Part shown: positions 9,164-19,330 of the stretch, piece by piece
How positions within the stretch are numbered: position 1 is the first letter of the stretch
Layout of the letters: each line of letters opens with the position of its first letter
Assembly: GCA_910588365.1 (NCBI GenBank)
Contig: CAJUQS010000087.1
Coordinates: 39 to 64,038, forward strand
Direction of reading: 5' to 3'
Source of the DNA: an uncultured Oscillospiraceae bacterium
GTDB lineage: Bacteria; Bacillota; Clostridia; Oscillospirales; Oscillospiraceae
DNA length: 64,000 bases
The notes under the pieces: generated by a model
The model's database searches: none
The model's input: the letters and a program-made list of their open reading frames with translations, nothing else
What the model was told of the DNA's origin: nothing
Translations under genes and position numbers: made by a program

Positions 9164-9656
9164 GGCCGCTCCCCTCCTTTCCTCCGCCCCGGATACTGGT
9201 CAGAAACTCGTCCCGCCAGAAGGTAGAGCCAACAGCGTTGGGCCGGATGGACACGGCGCTGACCCGGGGGGAGCGGACGTAGAGGTCCATCTGGTCAAAG
9301 ACCGCCTCGTAGTGCTCCTCCCCTCCCCTTGTGATGACGTAGGCCACCCGGCGCAGCTCCTCCCCGTACTCCATGAGGAAGCTGCGCACCGGTGCGCTGC
9401 ACCGGCCCGCCCACACCGGCGTGCCGATGATGACCAGATCGTAGACGCTCAGCGGCAGGGCGGTCTTCGGCTTCCTGACCGGCGGCAGACGGCGGGACAT
9501 GGCCTGCATACCGCTGCGGAGCCAGCCCTTCAGCCCCGCTCGGTCCACGCCGTCCTCCAGCCTGACCATCTCACAGCCCAGCTCCTGGGCGATCTCACGA
9601 ATCAGTTTCTCCGTTGTGCCTGTACGGCTGTAGTAGAGGCATAGTGTATAGGGCAT
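9153..9656 (-). CDS. Flavodoxin family protein
   Basis: MPYTLCLYYSRTGTTEKLIREIA... Internal ATG chosen. 11-nt overlap with the prfA start. Confidence 0.75.
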   Translation of the reverse strand: MPYTLCLYYSRTGTTEKLIREIAQELGCEMVRLEDGVDRAGLKGWLRSGMQAMSRRLPPVRKPKTALPLSVYDLVIIGTPVWAGRCSAPVRSFLMEYGEELRRVAYVITRGGEEHYEAVFDQMDLYVRSPRVSAVSIRPNAVGSTFWRDEFLTSIRGGGKEGSGHAG

Positions 9657-9669
9657 ATTGTCCCTCCTT

Positions 9670-10437
9670 TTACCGAAAGACGATGGCCTCCGCCATGGCG
9701 AAAGCCTCGCGGATATAGTAGTTGATGGAAATGGGGAAATACCGGGCCGGCATCCGGGCCGCCACGGGAACCGCCCCCTCCCCCCACAGGCGGGAGGCCC
9801 GGCACAGGTGGTAGCCGCTGGTAACGATGGCAACGGAGCTGTCCTCCCCGATTCCCATGCCGGACAGCAGGGCCTTGGAGTAGCGGACGTTCTGCTCTGT
9901 GTCGTCCGCCTGCTCCTCCAGGATGACGCGCTCCGGCGGGACGCCGCGGCTGGTGAGCCAGTCGTACATGCACCGGGCCTCGGAGATATCCTCCCCCCGG
10001 CCCTGGGAGCCGGTGACCACAACGGGCAGGTCCGGCCGGTCCTGGAGATAGTCCAGAGCGGCCTCCAGCCGGGTCCACAGGCTCAGGGAGGGCTGGGTGC
10101 CGTTGACCCCGGCCCCCAGGACCACCACCGCCTCCACCGGCGTCTCCTCGTCTGTCCGCGCCCAGGAGATCACCCAGACCTCCAGCACGGCGAAGAAGGC
10201 GAACCCGGCCGCCAGCAACGCCAGCAGGAGCCGCCTGGCCCAGCGGGCCCAGGGCCTCGTCTTGCTGAAATGAGACAGCAGGCCCAGCACGGTAAGGACC
10301 GCCGCCGCGCACCAGAACAGGAAGCCCGTGAATCGGACGGCCGTAAAAACGAACCGCATCAGCGCTCCCGCCAGGAGGCAGAGAACCGCCAATCCGTAAT
10401 AAATTTTTTCTTTATTACCAATCGGAATCATTTTCAT
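9670..10437 (-). CDS. YdcF/DUF218 family protein (membrane anchored)
   Basis: N-terminal TM helices plus the DUF218 core (VVVLGAGVNG...VVTGSQGRGEDISEARCM). ATG MKMIPIG chosen. Confidence 0.8.
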   Translation of the reverse strand: MKMIPIGNKEKIYYGLAVLCLLAGALMRFVFTAVRFTGFLFWCAAAVLTVLGLLSHFSKTRPWARWARRLLLALLAAGFAFFAVLEVWVISWARTDEETPVEAVVVLGAGVNGTQPSLSLWTRLEAALDYLQDRPDLPVVVTGSQGRGEDISEARCMYDWLTSRGVPPERVILEEQADDTEQNVRYSKALLSGMGIGEDSSVAIVTSGYHLCRASRLWGEGAVPVAARMPARYFPISINYYIREAFAMAEAIVFR

Positions 10438-12335
10438 CCCTCTGCCGCCTCGGCCAGGGCCTCCCACTTCTCCATCAGCTCCATCAGCCTGCCGTCCAGC
10501 TCCTCCTTCCGGGCGTAGAGCTGGCTGTACTTCTCGTAGTCACAGGCGCTCTGTTCCATCTCGGCCTCGACGGCCTTGATCTCCGCCTCCAGCTTCTCCA
10601 TATCCCGCTCGCAGATGGTCAGCTGCTTCCGGGCGTTCTGCTGGGCCCGTCCCCCCCTGGGGGCGGGCTTGGGCTTCTCCTCTTTTTTCTCCTGCCTGGG
10701 CTGGGACTGGGCCAGGGCCTTCTCCCGCTCCTTGATCTCCCGGTAGCGGGCGAAGGTGACCGGGTAGTCGGTGATGGTGCCGTTCTCCAGCTCCCAGATC
10801 CGGGTGGCGAAGCGGTTGATAAAATAGCGGTCGTGGCTGACAAAGAGGAGGGTCCCCTCGTAGGCCTCCACCGCCTCCTCGATCCACTCCCGGCTGGCGA
10901 TGTCCAGGTGGTTGGTTGGCTCGTCCAGCACCAGGAGGTTGATCTCCTCGTCCATGAGCATACACAGCCGCAAGCGGCTCTGCTCCCCGCCGGAGAGGAC
11001 GGACACGGTCTTGAACACGTCCTCCCCCCGGAAGTTGAACGCCCCCAGCCGGTCCCGGGCGGTCTGGGTGGACATGCCCCGCTTGGCGTAGAGCATGGTG
11101 TCCACCAGGTTCCGCCGGGGATTGTCGAAGTGGATGATCTGGGGCAGGTAGGCGGTGCGGACCGTGGGGCCGTACTTGACCCGGCCCCCGTCGGCCTCCT
11201 CCTCCCCCATGAGGATTTTCAGCAGGGTGGATTTGCCGGTGCCGTTGTCCCCCAGCAGGGCGATGCGCTCGCCGCCCTCTACCCGCAGATCCAGCCCGTG
11301 AAAGAGCTGCCGGTCCCCGAAGGACTTCGCCATATCCTTGATGTGCAGGACCTCGTCGCCGAAAAACTCCATCTCCCCGAACCGGTTGGTCATGGCCCGG
11401 GCCTTGGTGGGCTTTTCGGTCTGGCGGATGCGCTCAATGCGCCGCTCCATGGAGAAGGCCCGCTTGTGGAGCTTGTCCGCCCCCATGAAGGCCCAGAGGT
11501 GGAGCTTGTCCGCCGCCTCCTGCAGCTGCTTGATTTTGGCCTGCTCCTTCTCGTACTGCCGCATTTTCTCCTGGTAGCGGCGCTCCTTCTCAATGGCGTA
11601 GAAGGTGTAGTTGCCGGAGTAGAACTCGGCCTTGCCGTCCAGGACCTCGATGACCCGGTTGATGGTGCGGTCCAGGAAGTAGCGGTCGTGGCTGATGGCC
11701 ACCACGGTGCCCCGGAACCGGCGCACGTAGTCCTCCAGCCACTCCACCGCATGGAGGTCCAGATGGTTGGTGGGCTCGTCCAGCAGGAGGATGTCCGTGT
11801 CCTCCAGAATGAGCCGCCCCAGGTTCACCCGGGTCTTTTCCCCGCCGGAGAGGCTGTCAAAGAGCTGGGAGCGCATCTCCGGCGGAATGGACAGGCCGTT
11901 GGCCACCTTGCCCACGGCGGTGTCCGTGTCATAGCCGCCGATCCCCTCGAACTTGGCGGAGAGCTCCCCGTAGCGCCGCAGGGTGGCCTCGCTGCTGTCC
12001 CCCGCCGCCATGGCGGCGGTCAGCTTCTCCATCTCCTGGGCCAGCTTGTGGTGGCGGGAGAAGGCGGTCTGCAGCACGTCCTCCACGGTGTACCCCTCCG
12101 GATACACGGGAATCTGGGAGATGAGCCCCAGGCGGCGGTTTTTGGCGATGACCACCTCGCCCTCGTCGGCTTCCAGCTCCCCGGTGAGGATCTTGAAGAG
12201 GGTGGACTTGCCCGCGCCGTTGCGGCCCAGCAGGCCCACCCGCTCCCCGGTCTCCACCTGGAAGGTGATGCCGTCCAGGATGTTATTTCCGATTTCAAAG
12301 GACTTTTTCAGTCCGCTGACACTGATTTCAATCAT
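10434..12335 (-). CDS. ABC-F family ATPase (two ABC domains, no TMD)
   Basis: Two Walker A motifs (GRNGAGKST, GDNGTGKST), two LSGGE signatures, an inter-domain linker and a C-terminal coiled coil. Confidence 0.9.
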   Translation of the reverse strand: MIEISVSGLKKSFEIGNNILDGITFQVETGERVGLLGRNGAGKSTLFKILTGELEADEGEVVIAKNRRLGLISQIPVYPEGYTVEDVLQTAFSRHHKLAQEMEKLTAAMAAGDSSEATLRRYGELSAKFEGIGGYDTDTAVGKVANGLSIPPEMRSQLFDSLSGGEKTRVNLGRLILEDTDILLLDEPTNHLDLHAVEWLEDYVRRFRGTVVAISHDRYFLDRTINRVIEVLDGKAEFYSGNYTFYAIEKERRYQEKMRQYEKEQAKIKQLQEAADKLHLWAFMGADKLHKRAFSMERRIERIRQTEKPTKARAMTNRFGEMEFFGDEVLHIKDMAKSFGDRQLFHGLDLRVEGGERIALLGDNGTGKSTLLKILMGEEEADGGRVKYGPTVRTAYLPQIIHFDNPRRNLVDTMLYAKRGMSTQTARDRLGAFNFRGEDVFKTVSVLSGGEQSRLRLCMLMDEEINLLVLDEPTNHLDIASREWIEEAVEAYEGTLLFVSHDRYFINRFATRIWELENGTITDYPVTFARYREIKEREKALAQSQPRQEKKEEKPKPAPRGGRAQQNARKQLTICERDMEKLEAEIKAVEAEMEQSACDYEKYSQLYARKEELDGRLMELMEKWEALAEAAEG

Positions 12336-12371
12336 AGCTTTTTCCTAATTTTATATGCAATTGCGTTCGAC

Positions 12372-12472
12372 AGCCCGGGCGTGCCCCCAAGCGCCTTTTT
12401 GGGTACTTTTTGTGCGTACAAAAAGTACCAAGGCGGCACCTGTGCCACCGGGCCAGTCGTTAGGCAGAGCCC
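12372..12472 (+). repeat. Family-2 repeat, single copy
   Basis: GCGCCTTTTTG + hairpin GGTACTTTTTGTGCGTACAAAAAGTACC (12402-12429) + GC hairpin GGCGGCACCTGTGCCACC. Lies between murF and the ABC-F gene. Confidence 0.8.
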
Positions 12473-12473
12473 C

Positions 12474-13850
12474 TTAAAAGGGGTAATCCCTCAAATAGTC
12501 CGCCAGCAGGTCAAACCGGTTGAGGAAGTGGGACGCCTTCAGCAGCATGGCGTCCCCGGGTCCAAAGAGGGCCGCCAGGTCCTCCTTCACCGCCTCCCGG
12601 TTCTCATACCAGCGGATGTCGGGACATCCGGCGGCCTCCGCCTCGGGCACCATATACTTCTGGCTCCTGGTGCCCACGGCCACAAGGAGCTCGATCCCCA
12701 GTTCCCCCGCCAGCCGGCCCACCGCCCGGTGGCCCGGCTCCTCCGCCGCGCCCAGCTCCGTCATGTCACCCAGCACGGCAATCCGCCTGCCCCCTCTGTG
12801 CTGTGCCAGAATCCGCAGATCCGCGCTGACGGACCGGGGATTGGCGTTGTAGCTGTCGTTGATCATCAGCCGCCCGCCGGGCAGGCGCTCCACCCGCAGG
12901 CGGTTCTCCGCAGGGGCGTAGGCGGACACGCCCCGCTGAATCTCCTCCTTTGTCAGCCCCAGCCGCTCCGCGATGGCAGCCGCCATGGCCGCCAGACCCG
13001 CCATGTGGACGCCGGGGGTGGCGGTGGAGAGGGGATAGCGGTCCTTCTCCGTCGCCACCGTGAAGCGCAGGCCCTCCAGCCCCAGGTCCTGCAAATCCTC
13101 CACGTGGACCGGGCAGTCCCCGGAGAGGCCGCAGAAAAGGGTATCGCAGTCCGGGCGGAGGGTGCGGAGCATCTCGTCGTCCCCGCACAGCACCGCCAGA
13201 CCGCCGGGGCGCAGATTCTCGAAGATCTCCGCCTTGGCGTGGAGAATCTCCTCCCGGCTCTTGAAGTACTCCAGGTGGACGTCGTCCACGTTGGTAATGA
13301 CGGCGATATCCGGCCGCACGGCCCGGCCCAGGGCGCGGATCTGCCCCGGAGCGTCCATGCCCGTCTCAATCACTGCCGCCTGGTGCGCCCGCGTCAGGCT
13401 CAGCAGGGTCAGCGGCGCGCCGATGTCGCCGTTGAGGTTGCCGGGGGTTTTCAAGGTGTTGTACCGCTGGGAGAGGATCCCCGCCAGCAGCTCCTTAAAG
13501 GTGGTCTTTCCCATACTCCCGGTGACCTGCACCACGGGCAGCTCGAACTGCCCCCGGTACCAGGACGCCAGATCCCCCAGGGCCCGGCGGGTGTCCTCCA
13601 CCTGGATATAGACCTTGTCCGGGCGCAGCGCCTCCGGCAGCCGGGCGCAGAAGCAACCCGCCGCCCCGGCGTCCAGTGCCTTGTCAATGTAATCATGGCC
13701 GTCGAACCGCTCCCCCGCCAGGGGGACGAACCACTGCCCCGGCGCGATGGAACGGCTGTCGGTGGAGAGGGCGGTGACGGTCACGGCCTCGCTGCCGTGG
13801 AGCGTGCCGCGGACTGCGTCGCGCATCTGGGCGGTTGTCATGGGGATCAT
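12474..13850 (-). CDS. murF: UDP-N-acetylmuramoyl-tripeptide--D-alanyl-D-alanine ligase
   Basis: Mur ligase motifs (VTGSMGKTT, DSYNANP). ATG at 13850 preceded by AGGAGG. Confidence 0.9.
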   Translation of the reverse strand: MIPMTTAQMRDAVRGTLHGSEAVTVTALSTDSRSIAPGQWFVPLAGERFDGHDYIDKALDAGAAGCFCARLPEALRPDKVYIQVEDTRRALGDLASWYRGQFELPVVQVTGSMGKTTFKELLAGILSQRYNTLKTPGNLNGDIGAPLTLLSLTRAHQAAVIETGMDAPGQIRALGRAVRPDIAVITNVDDVHLEYFKSREEILHAKAEIFENLRPGGLAVLCGDDEMLRTLRPDCDTLFCGLSGDCPVHVEDLQDLGLEGLRFTVATEKDRYPLSTATPGVHMAGLAAMAAAIAERLGLTKEEIQRGVSAYAPAENRLRVERLPGGRLMINDSYNANPRSVSADLRILAQHRGGRRIAVLGDMTELGAAEEPGHRAVGRLAGELGIELLVAVGTRSQKYMVPEAEAAGCPDIRWYENREAVKEDLAALFGPGDAMLLKASHFLNRFDLLADYLRDYPF

Positions 13851-13890
13851 GGCGTGTCCTCCTGTATGCAAAGCGTATTTTCTATTCAGT

Positions 13891-13919
13891 ATAGTATCAA
13901 AATGGGCTAAATGTGTCAA
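13891..13919 (-). promoter_or_regulatory. Putative sigma-A promoter for murF
   Basis: Minus strand TTGACA (13919-13914), 17-nt spacer, TACTAT (13896-13891). Confidence 0.5.
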
Positions 13920-13973
13920 TCTCTTCCGATCCTGACTTCCTTTTTGCCCCTCGTGTTCCCGGTAAACCGGCGT

Positions 13974-14402
13974 TTATAACGCCGCCTCAAAGTAAAACCA
14001 GTTCGCGTCCAGTCTGCGGACAATGCCGTGATTGTCACCCTCTCCGCTCCACTCCCACTCCTGTTCCGAGATTGGTGTCAATGGTTCGTCGGAATTCTGA
14101 AAGGAAACCGGTTCGTTGTCAAACGAATAAAAGAATCCATAATATCGGGAAGCCGAAACGATCCCGCGGCTGACCACGATATATTCGACAATGGGGTGCT
14201 CCCCGTCCCAGTAATTGAAGGTCGTATTCAATTTGCTCGTCGCGCGCCCCGTTTCGATCGTATTGGAAATGTCATCCTCCAGCGCCGCTCTATGGTTATG
14301 AAAGTAGCGTATGGTCCTCTTTTCGGGAGTATCGGCCACACGAACAGCAATTAAAACGCATACGAACAGCAAAAGCAGGACGGCAGCCTTTTTATGCTTC
14401 AT
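13974..14402 (-). CDS. Hypothetical secreted/membrane-anchored protein
   Basis: MKHKKAAVLLLLFVCVLIAV signal/anchor. Visibly lower GC. ATGA overlap with the upstream gene. Confidence 0.6.
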   Translation of the reverse strand: MKHKKAAVLLLLFVCVLIAVRVADTPEKRTIRYFHNHRAALEDDISNTIETGRATSKLNTTFNYWDGEHPIVEYIVVSRGIVSASRYYGFFYSFDNEPVSFQNSDEPLTPISEQEWEWSGEGDNHGIVRRLDANWFYFEAAL

Positions 14403-15370
14403 TCCCTGACCTCCGCAGATCCCATCTGTCCTACTCCCCCCAGGTACAGTTCCAGAAACCGCTCTATCCCCCGGGCAATGCAGGCGATGTTCCCCTCCTC
14501 CAGCACGGTGTCCTTCTTCGTGCGCAGGTGGGGGATGTAGTACCCCAGCCCCGCCAGATACCGGCAGGCGCACACCGTCACATGGAACTTGAACCGCCGG
14601 TTGTCCGAGGGGTAGTATTGCAGGCCCTTGGTGAGCAGCCTGCACCCGTCCTTCTCAGGGAACGCCTCCTCCAGCGCCTCCAGCAGCTCCCCGTCCCACC
14701 GGCTGGCCTTGGAGGGGATGAGCAGGAGATTCTCCCCGTCCCCTACGCAGTCCAGGTTGACAAAGAGAGTCTGGGCGGCCTTGCCCGGGTGGGCCCTCTT
14801 GAAGGCCGACGAGCCCAGCAGGTTCCGCTCGTTGTTGTCCAGGAACACCAGGCACACCCGCTTGTTGTACCCGGCGGCATAGGCGGCGGCCAGCAGTGCC
14901 AGCACGCCGGAGGTGCTGCCGTTGGCATTGTTCCGGTTGGCCGGGCCGTAGGCGGACACCCACAACGCCGCCAGGGCCAGGATCAGAAAAAGGGGCAGCA
15001 TCAGATCCGGCCTGTTGAGGGGAAAGCTGACCGCCAGTGCCAGGGCAAAGGCCGCCGCCGCCAGAGCCATTGCCGCCGCCACGTGGTAGAGCACGTGGGC
15101 CAGGACGTTGGTGGGGGAGACGAAGTCCTGCACCAGCATCCGGGCGGGGGTATCGTAGTGGGCGCAGAGAATCACGTCCGCCCGATCCGGGTCCCCGGCC
15201 ACCACGTTGACGCTGCCGTTGAACCTGCCGTAGGTCTCCTCCCCGGCCTTCCAGCCCGCCCGCTTCAGCTCCCGCACCAGCCACTTCCGGAAGTCCGCTT
15301 TCTGCGCGCCGGTCCTGCGGACCGGGTGGACAGTGAGCAGATATTCCTTCAATTGCGCAATCTGTTCCAT
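14399..15370 (-). CDS. M28-like peptidase with internal TM segments (tentative)
   Basis: ILCAHYDTP and VCLVFLDNNERNLLGSSAF resemble M28 metal-ligand regions. Central hydrophobic helices. Confidence 0.6.
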   Translation of the reverse strand: MEQIAQLKEYLLTVHPVRRTGAQKADFRKWLVRELKRAGWKAGEETYGRFNGSVNVVAGDPDRADVILCAHYDTPARMLVQDFVSPTNVLAHVLYHVAAAMALAAAAFALALAVSFPLNRPDLMLPLFLILALAALWVSAYGPANRNNANGSTSGVLALLAAAYAAGYNKRVCLVFLDNNERNLLGSSAFKRAHPGKAAQTLFVNLDCVGDGENLLLIPSKASRWDGELLEALEEAFPEKDGCRLLTKGLQYYPSDNRRFKFHVTVCACRYLAGLGYYIPHLRTKKDTVLEEGNIACIARGIERFLELYLGGVGQMGSAEVRE

Positions 15371-15385
15371 GAATCCTCCCCGGGA

Positions 15386-17062
15386 TCAAATCCCCTTCCT
15401 GTAGGCCTCCGCCTCGTCCAGCAGCTCCTCCGCACCCGCCAGCATGGCCGCCGTCAGGTGCTCGCCGCCGGTGAGCCGGGCCAGCTCCCGCTTCCGCTGC
15501 TCCCGGTCCAGCCGGAGCACCCGGGTGAAGGTCCGGCCGTCCCGCTCCCCCTTCTCCACAGAGAAGTGGGTGTCCGCCATGGCCGCCAGCTGGGGCAGGT
15601 GGGTGACGCACAGGACCTGCTTGCGGCGGCTGACCTGGGCCAGCTTGGCCGCCACCTTCTGGGCCGCCCGGCCGCTGACGCCGGTGTCCACCTCGTCAAA
15701 GACCAGGGTGCCGATGGTCTCGTTCTCTGCCAGCACATTTTTCAGCGCCAGCATAATCCGGGCCAGCTCGCCGCCGGAGGCCACCTTGTTGATGGGCCGC
15801 AGCTCCTCCCCCACGTTGGCGCTCATGAGGAAACGGACCACGTCCACGCCCGAAGCGTCCGGCTCCTTCTCCCCGAAGCAGATGGCGAAGCGGACCCTGG
15901 GCATGTCCAGCTGGCGCAGCTCGTCCTGGATGCGCAGCTCCAGCTCCTTGGCCGCGGCCTTCCGGGCGCCCGAGAGGAGCCCCGCGGCCTTGATCACCTG
16001 CTTACGCTCCTTCTCCAGCTCCTTCTCCAGCCGGGCCGCCGTGTCGGCGGCAAAGGTGATCTGATCCAGCTCCTTCCGGCACTGCTCCAGGTACTCCAGC
16101 ATGTCCTCCACCGTGGGGCCGTACTTCTTCTTCAGGCGGTAGAGCAAATCCGCCCGGCTCTCCAGATCGTCCAGCTCCCGGGGGCTGAACTCAAAGGACT
16201 CCTCCAGATCCCGCAGCGTCTCCGCCACGTCGTAGGCCTCGGAGTACAGGCCCTCCAGCCGCTCCTGGAGCTGGGCGAACTGCCCGTCCAGGCCCCTGGC
16301 GCCCGCCAGGGCCCCGCCGGCCTCCTGGAGGGCGGACACCGCGCCGCCCCCCTCGTCCCCGCCGCTCAGGTTCCACAGCGCCCCCTGAATGGCGGACATG
16401 AACTTCTCGCTGTTGCGCAGCAGGTTCCGCCGCTGGAGGAGGGCCTCCTCCTCCCCGGGCTTCAGCTCCGCCCGCTCCAGCTCGTCAATCTGAAAGTTGA
16501 GGCTGTCCAGCCGCCGCTCCTTCTCCGCCTCGTCCATCTGCAGGCTCTTGAGCTTCCGCCGGGTGGCCTCCATGGCCTCGAAGCAGGCGGCGTAGGTCTC
16601 CAGATAGCCCTCCACCCGGCCGTAGCTGTCCAGATACGCGCCGTGCTGCTCCTCGTCCAGGAGCTGCTGGCCGTCGTGCTGGCCGTGGATATTCAGAAGG
16701 CTGTTCCCGATCCGCCGCAGCTGTGCCACCGTCACGGGCCTGCCGCTGATGCGGCAGGCGTTCTTTCCGTCCGCGTAGATCTCCCGCTGGAGCAGCAGCT
16801 CCCCCTCCTCCGGGGCGAGGCCGCACTCCGAGAGCGCCGCCAGGGGCGGCACCCCGGTGAACACGGCGCTGACAAACGCCTTGTTCGCCCCCGTGCGGAT
16901 GAGATCCCGGCTGGTCCGCTGGCCCAGCACCGCCCCCATGGCGTCGATCACAATGCTCTTGCCGGCGCCGGTCTCGCCGGTGAGGGCGTTGAAGCCCCCG
17001 TCGAAGGTGATGTCCGCCTCCTCGATGACGGCGATATTCTCAATGTGGAGCAGCTGAAGCAT
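15386..17062 (-). CDS. recN: DNA repair protein RecN
   Basis: N-terminal Walker A (GETGAGKS), long coiled coil, C-terminal SGGE/Walker B (LVFDEVD). Confidence 0.95.
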   Translation of the reverse strand: MLQLLHIENIAVIEEADITFDGGFNALTGETGAGKSIVIDAMGAVLGQRTSRDLIRTGANKAFVSAVFTGVPPLAALSECGLAPEEGELLLQREIYADGKNACRISGRPVTVAQLRRIGNSLLNIHGQHDGQQLLDEEQHGAYLDSYGRVEGYLETYAACFEAMEATRRKLKSLQMDEAEKERRLDSLNFQIDELERAELKPGEEEALLQRRNLLRNSEKFMSAIQGALWNLSGGDEGGGAVSALQEAGGALAGARGLDGQFAQLQERLEGLYSEAYDVAETLRDLEESFEFSPRELDDLESRADLLYRLKKKYGPTVEDMLEYLEQCRKELDQITFAADTAARLEKELEKERKQVIKAAGLLSGARKAAAKELELRIQDELRQLDMPRVRFAICFGEKEPDASGVDVVRFLMSANVGEELRPINKVASGGELARIMLALKNVLAENETIGTLVFDEVDTGVSGRAAQKVAAKLAQVSRRKQVLCVTHLPQLAAMADTHFSVEKGERDGRTFTRVLRLDREQRKRELARLTGGEHLTAAMLAGAEELLDEAEAYRKGI

Positions 17063-17123
17063 GGTGGTCCCTCCTCCTTTTCCCTGTACGGCGCGCTCCG
17101 TGATGGTCCCGGCTGGGGGAGCG

Positions 17124-17576
17124 TCACTTCAGCATCTCGTGAATCTCCTCGCACAGCACCCTGGCGGAGTCGGTGTCCCGCATCACCAGCAGCGCCGTGT
17201 CGTCGCCGGCCAGGCTGCCCACCACGCCGGGAATGCTCATCCCGTCCAGGGCGGCGCCGGCGGCGTTGGCCAGCCCCGGCATGGTCTTGATGACCACGAT
17301 GTTCTGGGCAAAGTCAATGCTGACAATGCTCTCCCGGAAGATGGTGCGCAGCTTGTCCGCCACGTTCAGGCGGTTGCGCTGGCTGGAGACGGTATAGCGG
17401 TACCGCCCCTGGCCCACCGGCTCCTTGATCAGATGCAGCTGCTTGATATCCCGGGAGATCGTGGCCTGGGTACAGCGGATCCCCTGCTCCTGCAGCCGCT
17501 GCTGGAGCTGCTCCTGGGTGTCAATGGGCTCCCGCTCAATGATCTCTAAAATTTTGCTCTGGCGATCATCTTTCAT
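17124..17576 (-). CDS. argR: Arginine repressor
   Basis: RQSKILEIIEREPIDTQEQL winged helix plus the C-terminal GTLAGDDT-like motif (GSLAGDDTALLV). Confidence 0.9.
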   Translation of the reverse strand: MKDDRQSKILEIIEREPIDTQEQLQQRLQEQGIRCTQATISRDIKQLHLIKEPVGQGRYRYTVSSQRNRLNVADKLRTIFRESIVSIDFAQNIVVIKTMPGLANAAGAALDGMSIPGVVGSLAGDDTALLVMRDTDSARVLCEEIHEMLK

Positions 17577-18438
17577 GGCCGATCCCTCCTGTCATTTTGG
17601 TTCGCAGAATCTCGTAAATACTCTTGTCCGTCAGCCGCAGCAGCTCCGTCTCGTACCGGGAGCGGCAGATGCGGACCTTGTCCCCCTGCCGCAGGGCGAA
17701 CGCCTTTCCCCCGTCCACCGAGAGGTAGACCTGCTTCCGGTTCAGCTCCGCCGGGGTCACCGTCACCGTCCCCGCCGCGGAGAGCACGAAGGACTTGGAG
17801 AACACCGAGTGGGCACAGATGGGGCTGATGACAAAGTTCTGGGCCGTGGGCTCCACAATGGGCCCCCCCGCGGACAGGGAGTACCCCGTGGAGCCGGTGG
17901 GGGTGGCCACCACCACGCCGTCCCCGGCGAAGATGCCCAGCTGGTCCTCCCCGGTGGAGATCTGGAGGCGGACCACCCGGGCCATGGCGCCCTTGGTGAT
18001 CACCGCGTCGTTGAGGGCCCCGCCGGTGTACACCGTCCGGCCCTCCCGCAGCACCGCCACATCCAGCATCATCCGCTTTTCCCGGCGGTACTGGCCGCTG
18101 GCCAGCTTCTTCAGCAGCTCCAGCTCCCCCAGCTCCAGATCCGACATGAAGCCCAAACTCCCCAGGTTCACCCCCAGCACCGGAAGCCCCCGCATGGAGG
18201 CCGCCCGGGCCAGGTGGAGGATGGTCCCGTCCCCGCCGAAGGCCACGACCAGATCGCTGGATCGCATCTCCTGCTGGAGGGGGCGGCAGGGCACGCCATA
18301 GTTCCCCTCGCTCTCCGGCTTGAAGGGCAGGCAGAACACGGTGCTCAGCCCCACGCCGCGCAGAATTTCGTCCGCCCGCTTGGCGGCGGCCAGCCCCTTG
18401 TCCCGGTAGGGATTGGGGCACAGGATTACTTTTTTCAA
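17566..18438 (-). CDS. nadK: NAD kinase
   Basis: GGDGT motif (AFGGDGTILH) and NGSLGFM-like motif (NLGSLGFM). TTG at 18438 lies 8 nt after AAGGAG. GTG at 18447 is the alternative start. Confidence 0.9.
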   Translation of the reverse strand: MKKVILCPNPYRDKGLAAAKRADEILRGVGLSTVFCLPFKPESEGNYGVPCRPLQQEMRSSDLVVAFGGDGTILHLARAASMRGLPVLGVNLGSLGFMSDLELGELELLKKLASGQYRREKRMMLDVAVLREGRTVYTGGALNDAVITKGAMARVVRLQISTGEDQLGIFAGDGVVVATPTGSTGYSLSAGGPIVEPTAQNFVISPICAHSVFSKSFVLSAAGTVTVTPAELNRKQVYLSVDGGKAFALRQGDKVRICRSRYETELLRLTDKSIYEILRTKMTGGIGHER

Positions 18439-18443
18439 TCCGG

Positions 18444-19247
18444 TCACTCCTTCAGCGCCTCGTGGGACTGCTCCACCAGCGCCCGTATATCAAAGCTCCG
18501 CTCAGCCGGCGGCCCCTTCTCCAGCCAGCCCAGGTACTCGATGTTCCCCTCCGGCCCGCGGACCGGGGAGAAACTCAGCTCCAGAACCGAGAACCCGCTC
18601 TCCCGGGCGTGCTCCAGAAAGCGCTCCAGCACCTCCTGGTGGACCGCCGGGTCCCGGACCACGCCCTTCTTGCCCACCTTCTCCCGGCCGGCCTCGAACT
18701 GGGGCTTCACCAGGGCGACCGCCTGGCCCCCCTCCCGCAGTACGCCGGCAATGGCCGGCAGAATCAGGCGCAGGGAGATGAAGCTCACATCCACGCTGGA
18801 GAAGTCCGGCTCCTCCGGCACCTGCTCGCGGGTCAGGCCGCGGGCGTTGGTGCGCTCCAGGCACACCACCCGCCCGTCGCTGCGCAGGCTCCAGGCCAGC
18901 TGGCCGTAGCCAACGTCTATGGCGTAGACCTTGGCGGCCCCGTTTTGCAGCATACAGTCCGTGAAGCCCCCGGTGGAGGCCCCCACGTCCATGCAGATCT
19001 TCCCCCGCAAGTCAATGGGCCAGATCTCCAGGGCCTTCTCCAGCTTGAGCCCGCCCCGGCTGACATAGCGCAGGGTGCTGCCCCGGATCTCCACCGCGGC
19101 GTCCTCCGCCACCGGCGTCCCGGGCTTGTCCGCGCGCTGTCCGTTTATAAACACCAGACCGCTCATGATGGTGGCCTGGGCCTTCTGCCGGCTCTCCTGG
19201 AGGCCACGCTCCACCAGGAGCACGTCCAATCGCATTTTCTTACTCAT
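18444..19247 (-). CDS. tlyA: TlyA family rRNA (cytidine-2'-O)-methyltransferase
   Basis: S4 domain (RLDVLLVERGL) plus FtsJ-like SAM fold (DVGASTGGFTD). ATG MSKKMRLD chosen. Confidence 0.9.
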   Translation of the reverse strand: MSKKMRLDVLLVERGLQESRQKAQATIMSGLVFINGQRADKPGTPVAEDAAVEIRGSTLRYVSRGGLKLEKALEIWPIDLRGKICMDVGASTGGFTDCMLQNGAAKVYAIDVGYGQLAWSLRSDGRVVCLERTNARGLTREQVPEEPDFSSVDVSFISLRLILPAIAGVLREGGQAVALVKPQFEAGREKVGKKGVVRDPAVHQEVLERFLEHARESGFSVLELSFSPVRGPEGNIEYLGWLEKGPPAERSFDIRALVEQSHEALKE

Positions 19248-19262
19248 AGGCACCTCGGTATA

Positions 19263-19330
19263 GGCATACATACTTTTTCTTGAAAGAAAAAGTATCAAAA
19301 AGAACTTTTAGGACAAAACGGTGTTTTGCC
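19263..19330 (-). repeat. Family-1 bipartite hairpin repeat, copy B
   Basis: GGCATAC + long hairpin ATACTTTTTCTTGAAAGAAAAAGTAT (19270-19295) + CAAAAAGAACTTTTAG + short hairpin (19312-19329). Inverted relative to copy C. Confidence 0.85.

Noticed and set aside
10833-13910. 1025-aa ORF on the plus strand
   Set aside because: It is antisense to the well-supported ABC-F and murF genes. Its composition is dominated by G/P/R/H/L/V/A/Q with no recognisable motifs, which is the typical shadow ORF of GC-rich DNA.
14528-17290. 920-aa ORF on the plus strand
   Set aside because: It is antisense to the M28-like gene and recN, with the same low-complexity shadow-ORF composition.
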